Source: Eledone cirrhosa | Taxonomy: Eukaryota | DNA length: 64,000 bases | Assembly: GCA_964016885.1 (NCBI GenBank) | Contig: OZ024740.1 | Coordinates: forward strand, 59,334,001-59,398,000 | Reading direction: 5' to 3' | Shown: piece after piece, positions 38,113-52,151 of the stretch | How the letters are laid out: each line of letters starts with the position of its first letter | How positions within the stretch are numbered: the first letter of the stretch is position 1 | Notes under the pieces: model-generated | Databases searched by the model: none | What the model was told of the DNA's origin: nothing | Seen by the model: the letters and a program-made list of their open reading frames with translations, nothing else | Made by a program: the position numbers and the translations under genes

Positions 38113-38530
38113 ATCATCATCATCATAATCATTTAACGTCCATTTTCTACACTAGCATGGGTTAGATGGGTCGTCCCATTTGAGGTAAGTTGGGTCAGGT
38201 TCCCTTGTCTTACTCCATATAGAACTGTCTCTGGCTAGGTTTCTATGTTCTGGATGCCCTTCCTAATGCCAACCACGTTTACAGTGAGTGCTGGGTGCTT
38301 TTTGTTGTGACTTCTACACAACCATTTTACAATGTGTGCTGTGTGCTTTTAGCTGTGACTCCTACATGACCACATTACACTGTGGGCTGGGTGCTTTTAG
38401 CCATGACTTCTACATGACCACTTTACAGTTTGGGCTGGGTGCTTTTTGTCGTAACAACTACATGACCACTTTACAATGTGGCTGGGTGCTTTTTGTTGTG
38501 ACACCTACATGACCACTTTACAGTGTGGGC
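38113..38530 (-). repeat. SINE/RTE 3' tail followed by about six 43-44 bp tandem modules
   Basis: Repeated ACAGTGTGGGCTGGGTGCTTTTTGT..GAC..CTACATGACCACTTT. Confidence 0.8.
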
Positions 38531-38619
38531 TAGATATATTTTGTTCACAGAGTAAAGGTGGTGTATACAGAAGAGGGTGGGGACATAGTGGTTAAGAGGT
38601 GCCTACTGGGTGTATGAGC

Positions 38620-38779
38620 AAATTACCCAGTGCATTACTGGTACTTTATTTTATCGACCCCGTAAGGATGAAAGGCAAAGTCAACTTCGGCGGGATTTGA
38701 ACTCAGATCGTAAAGGGACGTAACTATGCGTCAAAGCATGGCGTCCGACACTCTACCGATACTGCCAATCCACCACCCT
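38620..38779 (-). mobile_element. SINE family A
   Basis: Family A reverse complement. Confidence 0.82.
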
Positions 38780-40155
38780 AATTACTAGATAATGCCAAAG
38801 GTCTTTATCCTGTCTCATCGTCTTTGAGAGGTTCAGTTGCACAAAGTAAGCTTTTAGCATCTTGTCCCAGGTCTTTCTGGGTCTACCTACTCCAAGGCTT
38901 CCATCAATAATAATCACCCTGCACCTTTATATACAGCTATCATCCTTCATATACATCACATGACCATACCAGTGTAATCTCCTCTCTAGCCTATTGCATC
39001 TGATCCCTCCTATACCTAATTTCGCTCTTAGTTCATTTACACTTTGTCATTCGTTTATATTACAATTACACATGCATCAGAACATGCATGCTTCATTTCT
39101 TTCCTATCTTCACAGGTCCTCTGCACACAGTGCCCAGATTTCACTACCATGTAACATTGCTGTTCGTATACATGCATCATACAATCAGCCCTTTATTTTA
39201 AGGGAAAAACCTTTTGTAGCTAGTAGCAGTAGTAGCTCTCTGAACTTTCTCCACCCCATTCTTATTCTGGCTACTGTACTTTCAGAACACCCTCCTCAAC
39301 TGCTGATTTCATCACTCAGGTAACAGAAAGTGTCAACTATTTCTATAGAACTATTTGGGCATTTGAAGAAGCAAATGTCCTGTGGGCACTTGCTACTTAC
39401 TGTACCCGAGCTTCAGCCGCATATAAAACCTACGTTTTTTGCTAGCCTCCCTGTGATCCCACTACATCTTTTATGTACCCATAACTTGCATTTGGGACAT
39501 AAAATGGAATTTCTACCTACTCCTTTCCTGCATACTGAGCAAGGCTATTTCCAGAGGGAATCTGGACCCTGTTTTCCTTTCTATATACTAGGACTTTAGT
39601 CTTTGATAAGTTAACTTTAAGACCTTTTGATTCTAGGCCATACTTCCAGGTTTGGAATTTCTTCTCTAATTCTGCCATAGATTCTGCTATGAGAGTTAGA
39701 TCGTCTGCATACAGAAGTTCCCAGGAACTGCCAGTCTTAAACTCTTCTGTTATAGCCTGTAGGGTAATAATTGTTTCTACTTTTGGCACAAGGCCAGCAA
39801 TTATCCCAGTGTATTACTGGTGCTTTATTTTATCGACCTAGTAAGGATGAAAGGCAAAGTTAACTTCGGCGGGTAATAATAAACAGGAGAAGGCTAAGGA
39901 CAGAGCCTTGATGAACACCTACTTGTATGCTAAATTCTTCCCTTATAGTCATTGTTAATTCTAACCTTGCTGACTGTTCCTCTATATATGGCTTGTATAG
40001 CTCTCACAAGCCACTCATCTACTCCTAGTTTTCTAAGAGCCCACCAGATAATGGTATGGGGGACTTTGTCAATGTCAACAAAGGCTAAGTAGAGAGGGTT
40101 TACTTTTAGCTAGGTACTTCGCCTGCAGTTGCCTCACGAGGATGAGGGTATCCAT
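38780..40155 (-). mobile_element. Decayed RTE LINE interrupted by a SINE A 3' fragment (about 39766-39872)
   Basis: LQAITEEFKTGSSWELLYADDL; GGTAATAAT duplicated around the insert. Confidence 0.88.
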
Positions 40156-40207
40156 TGACTTTTACCTGGCACAAATCCAAACTATACATATAAATATATA
40201 TATATAT

Positions 40208-40528
40208 AAATTATTAGAAATGTTAGCTATCGCCGTATTTTGACTAAAGAAATTAAAGAAATTATTTAGCCTGATAGTGGGGTTAAGAACCCTCGGAGAA
40301 ATGGAAAAAGATGAGTATTGACGTACATGTATGGCAATACTCATCTTTTTCCATTTCTCCGAGTTAAGACTCCCATGTACGTCAATACTCATCTTTTTCC
40401 ATTTCTCCGAGGGTTCTGAACCCCACTATCAGGCTAAATAATTTCTTTAATTTCTTTAGTCAAAATACGGCGATAGCTAACATTTCTAATAATTTCAAAT
40501 CCACTCGCTGTTTCGAAAATATTCTTAC
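40208..40528. repeat. Near-perfect inverted repeat, 122-bp arms (40208-40329 / 40374-40495), plus unique tail, in (TA)n
   Basis: Direct reading; the spacer is a partial third copy of the arm. Confidence 0.88.
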
Positions 40529-40554
40529 ATATATATATATATATATAAATATAA

Positions 40555-40642
<88 letters not shown>

Positions 40643-40706
40643 ATTTATATATATATATATATATATAAATATAAATATATATAAATATAAATATATATAA
40701 ATATAA

Positions 40707-40737
<31 letters not shown>

Positions 40738-40740
40738 TAT

Positions 40741-42142
40741 GTGTGTGTTTAATGGTAGCTATGGTGCTTCCATAGGCGGTATGCCAATTGAGCACTCTAT
40801 GTTCTTACAGAGTAGAGTGTGATATAATATAAAACGAAAAATCAGTGATGCATCTAGACTCAGTTTATTGTGTGTTACAATTGTTTCGCCGGCAGATAGC
40901 TCGAGACACGATCATTGTATAGATCTGTCTGATTCTAGAACTGCGGGTTCTTCGGACACATGCAATGCTTTCGGAGCAAATTTTCTCACTGGAGTGTTAG
41001 CTTCAAAAAACACCTTCAAAAAACATCTTCCACGCTTGTCTTGTTATTGGCTGTTGTTTTTCTACGTCATCATAAATGCTGGTCAATATTTGCTGCCACA
41101 CTGGCCATCAGCTACTCTCCGTCCGACACACTTCAATGGACTCGTGCTGGGTTTGGTATCTCACAAGTCTGCTCACACTCACAAATATATATCCATACAT
41201 ACACACACACATATAAATACACATACACATACGCACACACATACATATATATGCATACACATATGTACGCACACATATGTATATATACACACCCATATAC
41301 ATACACACACACACACTCCCTCTCTTACACACACCCACACCCACCCACAACCATATACACACTAAAACACACGTCTACTTCGCGCCTGCCTATATACCCC
41401 CATACATCCGGTCTCACACGCATGCACACGCGCACACACGCACACACACACATACACGCATACAAGGACACATATCAGCGTTCGCGTACATCTGCACATA
41501 TATACAAACACGCACAGACATATACATAGACACACACACTCCTGTCCTTATTGATAGGCACAAAGACATCCACGCTTCCAAAGACTCAAACACACATACA
41601 CACATACATACACACATGTATATATACATGGGTGTGTGTAAGAGAGGGACTGTGTGTGTGTATATGTATATGGGTGTGTATATATACATATGTGTGCGTA
41701 CATATGTGTATGCATATATATGTATGTGTCTGCATGTGTGCGTATGTGTATGTGTATTTATATGTGTGTGTGTATGTGCGGGTATATATTTGTGAGTGTG
41801 AGTGGACTTGTGAGATACCAAACCCAGCATGCGTCCATTGAAGTGTGTCGGACGGAGAGTAGCTGATGGCAGCAAATATTGACCAGCATTTATGATGACG
41901 TAGAAAAACAACAGCCAATAACAAGACAAGAGTGGAAGATGTGTTTTGAAGGTGTTTTTTGAAGCTAACACTCCAGTGAGAAAATTTGCTCCGAAAGCAT
42001 TGCATGTGTTCGAAGAACCCGCAGTTCTAGAATCAGACAGATCCATACAATGATCGTGTCTCGAGCTATCTGCCGGCAAAACAATTGTAACACACAATAA
42101 ACTGAGTCTAGATGCATCGCTGATTTTTCGTTTTATATTATA
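40741..42142 (-). mobile_element. Large inverted duplication (about 510-bp arms) with pLTR-like architecture and unique tail 40741-40822
   Basis: ORFs 40868-41365 (+) and 41414-42097 (-) translate near-identically; degenerate hammerhead-like motif near the outer ends. Confidence 0.75.
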
Positions 42143-42209
42143 TATATATATATCATCATCATCATCATTTTACGTCCGCTTTTCCCTGCATGCAAGGGAA
42201 AAGCAGATG

Positions 42210-42289
<80 letters not shown>

Positions 42290-42512
42290 CGTCTGCTTTT
42301 CCCTTGCAAGCAGGGAAAAGCGGACATAAAATGATGATGATGATGATATATATATATATATATATATGGTGTTATGAAGGGTAGTCAGCTGTAGAAACCA
42401 TGCAAAACCTAGAATATGTGAGTAAGTCATGAATTCCTGACTTGTCTCAGACTGTGTCAACCCATCCAACCCATGCCATTATAGAAAACAAACAAAATGA
42501 TGATGATAATGA

Positions 42513-42584
<72 letters not shown>

Positions 42585-45500
42585 ATATATATATATATAT
42601 AATGTATATCGTTAATAGTCCTTGAAGATTCAAATATGTTCTTGTGAGAAGAAAATGACAACATTTAAAGCTTGGATGAACATTTAAGTTTAATTACTGC
42701 TATTATATCTGGTGTTTGTTGCAACTTTGTTAATCATACAACTTGCTAATAGTTATTTTTTTCTCAAATATGAGTAATGTTGGTGTTTTAGGGTTAATAG
42801 TTTGTCAAAGATAAATTATAGTGTTTGAAATGAAAGGCAAACTGTGATCTCTTTAACTGTTATCCTTCTTTGTCATTGACTCAGTTCAACCCCTGAAGAG
42901 CTCTGAGATAATAATATACCAATGAGATAATAAGTAGTTCCAGATGTTATTCAGTTATGCAATTTTACCAAAAGAGGTTTTAATCCTTTAGTAGACATAT
43001 TTCTTATGAAAAAATACTGCTTATGTGTTTCTATAAATTTTGAAAGTAACGAAGAATTTGGCTGCATTTAATAAAATAACTTTTACATTTATTTTTATAT
43101 TAACTGTTAACATCCTCTGTTGCATGACATCACATTAATAAGATATTCTTCAAAAGTACAAAGCAGCATTATGACTGCATCACATAAAACATTAAAGACT
43201 TTATTCTAATGTTACAAATTTTCACAACACTCTTGTAAAGAAACTATAAACATTTGAATTAGCATACCCATTTTTTAGACATTTTCATTACAGGAGGCTA
43301 AGAGTGAAGTTGGTGTTTGGAATGAAACTTAACAGAAAGCTGTTTTATAAAATAATGGCAGCTTTTAAATTAAATATTATCATTTAAAAACAATTAGTTT
43401 TGAATCAAATAATTCAAAGCGCGAAGAGATCTCAGGTGGGTTGCTACTGAAAGTTTATGCTTGTGTTTAGAATAACTTGCATATAATTATGTAGGGAGGT
43501 TTTAATTTGAAAATGAATATTTAAAAACTTGGGATTTTGTATAGTAGAACCAGAGCAGTTGGGTTAATATTGAAAATGTTGAACATTATTTACAACTTCA
43601 GTCATCAGCATATGTATGGACATATAACTCGTGTTGAAGTCATGGTGGTGCTGTTGTGAGATATGGTGTGTCTTGGGCACTTTAAACTTGGTGGAGTCTA
43701 TCCCCTCTCCAGGTCATAACACAGCTGGTTTTCCCCAGAGAAGGTGAGAGAAAGAGGAAATGAGAAGGGAATATATATGAAGAATTGACCCCAGTGTTAG
43801 ACTGGTATTTTTTATCAACCTCAAAAGGAGGAAAGAGAAAATTAACATCAGGAGGATTTGAACTTAGAGAGCTGAAATAAATACTGCAAAGCAGTCTATC
43901 TGATGTTCTAATGACTCTGCCAATTCCCCATACATTTTCAACAATAATGGAATTCAGTTCTCGTTCAATTATTCTTCTTCCACACCATTCATCATCTATT
44001 TTTTTCTCCTTTATTTCTCCTCTTCTCTCTTTTACTTTATCTTCTATTCTATTTCTTCATTTTAAAAGTATTTCTTCTTAACCATACAGCCATGGCTACA
44101 CATCCTATAGTACTTAGAGTTCCCAAGTGGTTTACCATCTAACTACCAGTTAGGTTAGGTAACTTCAATGAGTGGACAAGAACCAATGTTTTCAAAGTGA
44201 TATGGATATAAACTTTGTAATCTGGGGGGAAATGTATTTTTTCTTTCTTGAGATTCTAATAACAATTTATTTTCTTTAACAAAATTCTCAAATATCACAT
44301 TTTTACTTTTCTTTTATCTTTTTAGGAGTTGAATACAAAATGCTTTAAAAAATTAACAAAAATTTATTTTGCTTTTCAAAATATTTAAAAATATACAATA
44401 AAGAAAATATATTTTATGACAAAATCTTTTGTTTGTATATAAGTAATTTTACTCAATCAGCAAAATGCTAACTTCAAAGGTTCAATAGAGAATTCAATAA
44501 TTTATGTTATTGATTTTATATTTTTGTATTTTGCAATAGTTCCCTGTTTGCAGTTAATGAAGTAAATGGTTTGTTCTGAAAATGTTATGATGCAATATAC
44601 CTGAATGGTTAAGAGGTTTGCTTTGCAATCATGAGGTTCTGAGTTTGATCTTAAAACATGGTTTCTTCAGTAAGTGTCTTTTTTCAGAGTTTCGAGTTTA
44701 TTCAATCCTTGAATAAAATTGGATAAATGGAAACTGCTGGGATGTCCATTAGACCAAGTATACTTTGTAATTCAAAAGGTCAGTTTTGCCACACACTGTG
44801 TTATGCTGAATCTCCCTGAGAAGTATTCAAGGAGTAGGCTATTTTGAATCTCCCTGACAATTAATTTATTGAGTAGATCATACCATTGATTAAACAACTG
44901 GAATGCTCATCATCAAAGCATACGAAAGTCCATTGAGTTTTACTACCATGAAAATAATATGATAAAATCCAGGAGATTTAATAATTCAGCTATTAGTTTA
45001 TTTCACTCAATATTTTATTTTGCTTTCTTTTCTCATGAAATCATTTAATCAGATGAAAGAGGAGATCAGGCAGGCCAGTTGGTATTTATAAATTATCTCC
45101 ATTCTTTTATTCTGTTCTGTTACTTATGAATATATCATGTACATTATGTGTATAACCCATTCATAAATTATATGTATTTACACTGATTACTAAAATGTTT
45201 GATTGGCAGTTTAAAATAGGAGCCTACATTTATATTTCATCTGGCCCTATTACCAGTTGAAATGGAGCTTATATTTCACATTTGGCCTTAACTGGTTACC
45301 AGTCAACATTTTACAACCTACATGGGCCATTACCAGCTTTGCATATGCCTGGCACCAGCTCATACAAGACTATCCATGGTTCTATGATAGAAAATCTTTC
45401 ATTTTAAAAGATTCATATTTAAATTAGAACATTCCATCACAATTTCATGCTAGAAAAGTTAGGCATTTTACTAAATCCCTCCAAATTGTTAATTAATTTA

Positions 45501-47140
45501 CAAATTTATTGGAACATATAGACGGTGTACTTTATTTAGAAATATGGCAACGAAAGAGTTAACAAAGATAAAAATCAGAAAATATGTAATGCAGTTAGCT
45601 TCAGTAAATCTTATTAATTTTTATTTGTATTTATAGAATAATTGTCGAGTAGATCATTCTGTAAATTTTAATTGGAGAAATTTTCTTGTCACAGATTCTT
45701 GTTGTTCTAAAACTGTTCAGATAATAAGTGTTTGATTTGATATTTTTCTATCTTAAGAATTAATATGTTTAGCATTTGAAAAGTAAATAGTACAAACAGA
45801 AAGAAGTTTGTATGATAATCGGTTCTGACCTAGAAGCTGTGTAGTATGGTCATTCCTATAAAACCTTGAAGCTTTCTACTATCTAACCATTTATCTACTA
45901 TATTTCTAATGAAAAACTTTCAAATAATCAAGAATTTGGAGAGATTTAATAATGTAAGTAACATTCTCATTATTAAGCTGGTGTTTAGAACACTGTTTAA
46001 CAAAGGCTTTTATATAACATTTTGATGGAATGTTTTTAGATAAATATATGCTCTACTTTAAAATAAACAGCTTTGAATCATAGAACCAGAGGCAGTTTCA
46101 GATGGTTTGTTATCAAAAGGGTTGAGCTACTCTTTATTCTTGGTTTTCTTCACTTTGATCTTTATTTTTTTTCACTCCTTTCACAGCTTCTAGATTAATT
46201 CTATAATATGAAATTAGCTACCACAGGCATCTGAACCTTAACTTATTTGTATTAGTTCCAAGGAACAAGAAAAATAGGAATGGATATTTAGGAACAGAAG
46301 AATGGATCTTCATTAATGTCTACCCATTATTTAAGCCAGAAAAGAAAATTGTGGCCCAATCAGGTCAGGCCATAGAAATCTTTAAAAATTCCAACATTAG
46401 TTTTGTCCTTTTCACCTCTGCTGTATAGAATACACACAATCCTAAATACATTTTTCTAGTTGATATAAGTGTTAGTGAGTGTTTATGCTTTGCTGAACTA
46501 TTAGTCCATAAGTTATAAGCATAATGCATATCTCACTATTAATCTTAGTATACTGCGAAGAAGATGATAAATAACACTTATGTTTCACAGTTGAATAGGT
46601 GACATTAGGAAGAAGTTCCTGGTTGCAACAAAACATGTTCCAGCCTCCCATAAATCATGTGAATGTCTGAATTTCTGCAATCAATAAAAGTAGGTAAAAT
46701 TGACTGTAAAATATTTGATATACTCACCTCTCTGTAACTAACAAATGATTCCTTCAACATTGTTACATAAGTTAACTTCGATGCTCATGAACGACACAAA
46801 CATTTAATGATTAGCTTAAGATTTATTTTCTACTTTTTTTCTTTTAACTACATGAGCTTAAAAATCTATTTAATAAAATGCCAAGAGACCAATAAAAAAA
46901 AGAATAATAAATAAAATGCTGACTGGGAAATATTGTAATCAAGGAAGAAAAGGTGAAATAACAATAGTCAGTTAAAATTACTAATCACAATACAAAAGCT
47001 GGACAAATTAAAGTAAATGAAGATATTAGTTCAATTATAGAAAGTAATGACAAGAATGTTTCCAACTCTGTTTTAAAGAATGTTATTGTCATTTCAGCCA
47101 ACTTTTATATAACACAATCAATTTATTCCTTTATTTGAAG

Positions 47141-47335
47141 TAGTAGTAGAGGTGGTGGTGGTGGTGGTAATGATGATGGTGATGATGGTGATGATGATGG
47201 TTGTGATGATGATGATGGTGGTAGTAAAAATGATGATGATAGTAATGATGATGGCGGTGATGGTGATGATGACAATGATGAAGATGTTGGTGATGATGAA
47301 GATGATGACAATAATGAAGATGATGACAATAATGG

Positions 47336-47366
<31 letters not shown>

Positions 47367-47570
47367 GGTAATGATGATGGCGGTGATGATGATGATGGTA
47401 ATGATGATGGCGGTGATGATGATGATGGCGGTGATGATGATGATGATGGCGGTGATGATGATGATGATGGTAATGATGATGGCAGTGATGATGCTGATGG
47501 TGACAGTGATGAAGATGGTGGTGATGATTGCAATGGTAATGATGATGATAGTGATGATGATGATGACAAC
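47141..47570. repeat. Degenerate (ATG/GTG)n trinucleotide repeat
   Basis: Direct reading. Confidence 0.95.
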
Positions 47571-47711
47571 CATAATGTTAACAGTTGTTGGATGCCTTAT
47601 CTTTTACCATAGCAAAATTTTAATTTGGTGTAAGAGTGTTGGCTAATAGTTTCACAGGTAGATCTGAGTATTTTAGTGTCTTTCTTCCAAATCAAAAACA
47701 TGATATGAGAG

Positions 47712-48003
47712 CAGAGGCATAACTAGGGTATGGCAAGCATGGCACTTGCCATGGGCATTACATGAAGGTGGCGCCACTTGGACTAGGAGCACATTCTATT
47801 AAAGTCAACTAAGCCTCGTTGGAGAATGAAAAAAGAAACAGATGTATGATCTGTCTTTGCTTATCATGGATGAGAACACTATGGTGGCTGGATCATTAAA
47901 CCATTTATATAAATTATTAGGCCCATAGATAAAAATACAGTGCTGGGCAAGGGTGCAATTCTACTGCTTGCCATAGGTGCTATTTCCCTTAGTTATGCAT
48001 CTC
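47712..48003. mobile_element. hAT-like MITE
   Basis: TIR CAGAGGCATAACTAGGG / CCCTTAGTTATGCATCTC; exact 8-bp TSD TATGAGAG (47704-47711, 48004-48011). Confidence 0.8.
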
Positions 48004-50220
48004 TATGAGAGTCAGTCAGATGTAGTCATTTGAATTAGGGGTTTCTCTCATACCAAAAACATTATATGAAAGCTAGCCAGGTGTAGTCATTGAAATAAAA
48101 AAGTAACCATAATGACTGGGTACTATTGCCAAAAAATATAAAATAGACTGCATTGGCATAAGGCTACAAAGATTTTGAGAGGAGCACAGGGCTGGATTAA
48201 GTTATTTTGAGGCCATAAACACTTAAAAGATTATAGTGCCCGTCCCCACACATACCATGTGTAAAGTTTGCAAAAAAAAAAAAGGAATGGGTAGGAATGA
48301 AACATACAACTCATTTGAATATTTGATGTCTTAATTATATACTTATTTTACCTAATGGTTAATCTACCCATAGGAGCATGATCAATGAAATCAATGCCAT
48401 AATTAGTCATTATTTATTGACCTTTGATGGATAACAGGAAAAGTCAACAGTGGAGAAATTTAAACTCTTCAGATTCTGCCATTAAATTGCCTTTATGTTT
48501 AGCTAATAAATATGACACTTCCATTGAACAGAAATAATTCTACAATGAAGCATACTGCCTGTAAATTTTAAATTATTTTGAAAATAATAAAAGATTTTAA
48601 GAGACTTAGTAATAGAACTTTGTCATTATATCTGGTGTTTGGAGCATACCTAAAAAGTTCTTACATAAAATCATGATGGAATATTTTTAGATGGATATAA
48701 ATATGGAGCATATGTGGGATATGTAAGCTGTAGTAAGGGCAACCCATCTAAGAGAGTAGTCACTCTGAATAAAAACTGGTACAGAGTAGAGAGGACCCTT
48801 TAGTCCTGTCAGACAACCTCTCTAGTGTTGGTGACACAATAAAATGCACAATGTAAAATAGTTGGTGATAGGAAAGGCACCCAGCCAGAAAAAACTGCCA
48901 AAAAATATGTAAATCACAACATATAACGTTCACACTAATTGTGTATATTGTCTGATTCATGCAAGAATGGAAAAGCTGATGTAAAAGGATGATGATGATG
49001 ATAAACTCTTTAAAAAGAGCTTAATATAAAATCAAGAGTAGTTTCAGGTGCTTGGGCTTTGAAAGAGTTAAGAAATTAGTCTCATACCATAGGAGCTGCT
49101 TATTGTGATCACTTTGGGACAGAGCCTTTTAGGTCACAATAACTGACTGATAACAATGAGTAGAGCATGTAAGCGTATCCTGAGAATGTTTGAGATCCAC
49201 TCATTTTGATAATAATTATTTAATAACAATATCTGTGATTATAATAAGCAGCTTCCACTGAATAAGCAATTAAAAATAACATTTTTTTTGCACTCTGCAT
49301 TAACTGAGGCACTTGGTTAAATAAAAAATATCCAACATTAAAAAGTTCTATTAGGGCTTACACAAAATACACATACCCATGTACACACACTTACACACAC
49401 ACACACACACACTCACACACTCACACATAAACACACACTCACTCACACACGCACACTCACACATGTCAGTTGAACCAAGTGACATACCATCTGTGGAGGA
49501 GATGAGACTTTTATGGGGTGGGTAGAATGAGAGGTAGGGTGAAAGTATAGGGTGATAAGGAAAATAATAAGACAGTTCCCTTGCTGAAACAATATAAAAT
49601 AATACAGAAACATTTTGGCATAGAGGGTTAAGCTGAACAGTTAAAACAACAACAATATTCCCCTAAATATTTCAAAACAACAGCTTGAACATTTCTGGTT
49701 TTGATAAAATACCAAGTTTTGCGCTGAAGTACTTGAAATGTTTGCAAAACTCTTCAGAATTATTATTAAAAGTCCAAAAATAAAACCACATTTTCTCACA
49801 ACTCTAATAGTAAAACTCAACAATATTAAAAATGGAAAGAATCACAAATTTATTTAGCTGTCTATCATCCACATATAAATCTTTTACATCAATAATCATA
49901 TGAGATTAAATGAACATCTAGAAGAGAAGAATATCTAACGAATCACCATGTGTTGTGTGTGTGTTGTGAAGGGTGTTGTGTGTGTGTGTGTTAGTGTATA
50001 TGTTTGTGTGTGTGTTGTGAAGGGTGTTGTGTGTGTGTGTTAGTGTATATGTTTGAATGTGTGTGTGTGTGTTGTCAAAGGTGTTTCTGTGTGTGTGTTG
50101 TGAAAGGTGTTTGTGTGTATGTGTGTGTGTGTTGTCAAGGGTGTTTGTGTGTATATGGGTTAGTGTGTATGTTTGTGTGTGTGTTGTGAAGGATGTTTGT
50201 ATGTGTGTATGAGTGTGTAC

Positions 50221-50331
50221 CAGGGGCGAAGGGTGCATGCATGCGTTATAGAATCTTGAGTTGATCAATTGCGTCGGTTGAAGCAAGCAGAATTTTGGCT
50301 GCTTACTAAATCATAGACACATAAAAAGATA

Positions 50332-50366
<35 letters not shown>

Positions 50367-50686
50367 AACACACGACAGCATCGGTTGAAGCAAGCAGAAT
50401 TTTGGCTGCTTACTAAATCATAGACACATAAAAAGATAACACACACACACACACACATACACAAACACACGACAGCATCGGTGGAAGCAAGCAGAATTTT
50501 GGCTGCTTGCTAAATCATAGACACATAAAAAGATAACACACACACGCTAGATAACACTACATGCGGCTTTGACCAGCAGGGTCATTTAGAGGGAATGAGG
50601 GGGGGGGGGGTAAAGCTGCACAGCCCCACTTTCCGCCATGGCGATTGGACTGCATGCCCTGCTTTCCAGGTTACCCTTCGCCACTG
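50221..50686. mobile_element. TIR element containing three about 100-110 bp tandem units, inside a (TG)-rich minisatellite
   Basis: CAGGGGCGAAGGG / CCCTTCGCCACTG; unit TCGGTTGAAGCAAGCAGAATTTTGGCTGCTT..AAAAAGATAACAC x3; TSD not convincing. Confidence 0.55.
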
Positions 50687-51110
50687 GTGTATTCGTGTAT
50701 TGTGAAAGTTTGTGTATGTTTCTGTGTGTGTTTGTGTGTGTGTTGTGAAGGTTGTTTGTGTTTTATGAGTGTATTTGTATATTGTGAAGGGTGATGTGTC
50801 TATGTCTTAGTGTGTGACTGTGTGTGAGTTCCAATAAGGCAGAATGCCATTATTAGTAAACAAAATTACAACTGATGATCATAGAAATAGGAGAAAGAAT
50901 TGAAGACTCACATGGATTGACAAGGAAAATGCTTTCAAAATTCTTCCACATTTACAGTTAGTGAAAACACTAGACATACTTAACATAGCATCATATATAA
51001 CAAACTATATCAAACCTGTCATGTGTAAATGGAGAACAATTTGCAATAAAAGAACAACAATAACAATTATGGATATGATTTATAAAAAAATAAATACTTT
51101 TCGGCAAAAA

Positions 51111-51112
<2 letters not shown>

Positions 51113-51141
<29 letters not shown>

Positions 51142-51965
51142 CTTCTTCTTCTTCTTCTTCTTCTTCTTCTTGAGAGGGTTGTATGGGCAGAGTCCTCAAA
51201 CACCCCTTCCAGCAGGTCCTGTCAGAAGTAACCATTTTTGCCCATAAAATCTTATCCAGCAATTCTTTCCTGAGACATTCTAATGACAAGCCTGTAACAT
51301 TGGAGCTGTGATGTGATCTCTCAATTTGGAGAAATAGCTTCTCTACCCAAAGCGACTCCCTGTTTTCTGATCTACAAACTCTGTTGAGTAGCAGCACTCC
51401 GAAGACCCTTGGAGGAACCACATTTCAGTTGCTTTATTCACAACTGTATACTTTCAGTCATTACCCAAGATTCATGACCATAGGTAAGGGTTGGCACAAA
51501 TACCAAATTGAAGATAGCAAGTTTGGCTTTTACACCTACCTCTTTTATCGAATGTTGAAGCTGGCACATTGCTGCATCAGCTCCTGCAATTCTTGTACTT
51601 AATTCAGCCTCCTGTCTTCCATCACTTGTGAACACGGCCCCAAGATATTTAAACTTCTCCACCTGCTTCAGTGAAACTCCATTCATGTGTAGAATGCTAT
51701 GCACAGACTTCCATGAGAGGATGAGTGTCTCAGTTTTCACAGCACTGATTTTCATTCCAGCCATGCAGCACTTGGCATTTAACCTATCAAGTGCAAGTCG
51801 GAGTTCATCTTATAATGAGTTAAGTAATACCATGTTGTCTGCAAATTCCAGCCAACAGATTTTACACCTGCCTATCGTGGTACCACTTTCAACCCAGCTG
51901 TTCATGTCAACCGTGTTCATGAAAATAACGAACAGGAAAGATGAGAGTATACACCCTTGGCGGAG
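51113..51965 (-). mobile_element. RTE-clade (Expander/Rex3-like) LINE 3' fragment with (GAA)n tail
   Basis: AGMKISAVKTE..KQVEKFKYLG..VFVPTLTYGHESWVMT; (TTC)n at 51113-51170. Confidence 0.85.
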
Positions 51966-52105
51966 TTAAGGCCATTTTTCTTGCTAAAGTAGGAGTTAAC
52001 CTTACAGGACCCATGAGTGGCTTCATCCTTTGTGAAGCAATGCTGGATACCTTTCCTGGTGCCAATCTTTTTGTCACTTCTTACAACATGCAGTGATGTG
52101 GTGTA

Positions 52106-52107
<2 letters not shown>

Positions 52108-52151
<44 letters not shown>

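Noticed and set aside
38275-38530. Regular 44-bp repeats resembling a CRISPR array
   Set aside because: No unique spacers, eukaryotic context, and the unit derives from the retroelement 3' UTR.
40268-40302. CTGATAG-TGGGGTT..AACCCT-CGGAGAAA as a hammerhead
   Set aside because: Core spacing is wrong and there is no stem I or III.
42600-47100. Long AT-rich stretch checked for host exons or RNA genes (including a 5S-like word at about 44085-44205)
   Set aside because: Only old MITE/SINE debris is evident; the 5S-like segment is too degenerate to call by eye.
47118-47646. 150-aa poly-M/I/S ORFs on both strands
   Set aside because: Degenerate trinucleotide repeat, open in several frames by composition.
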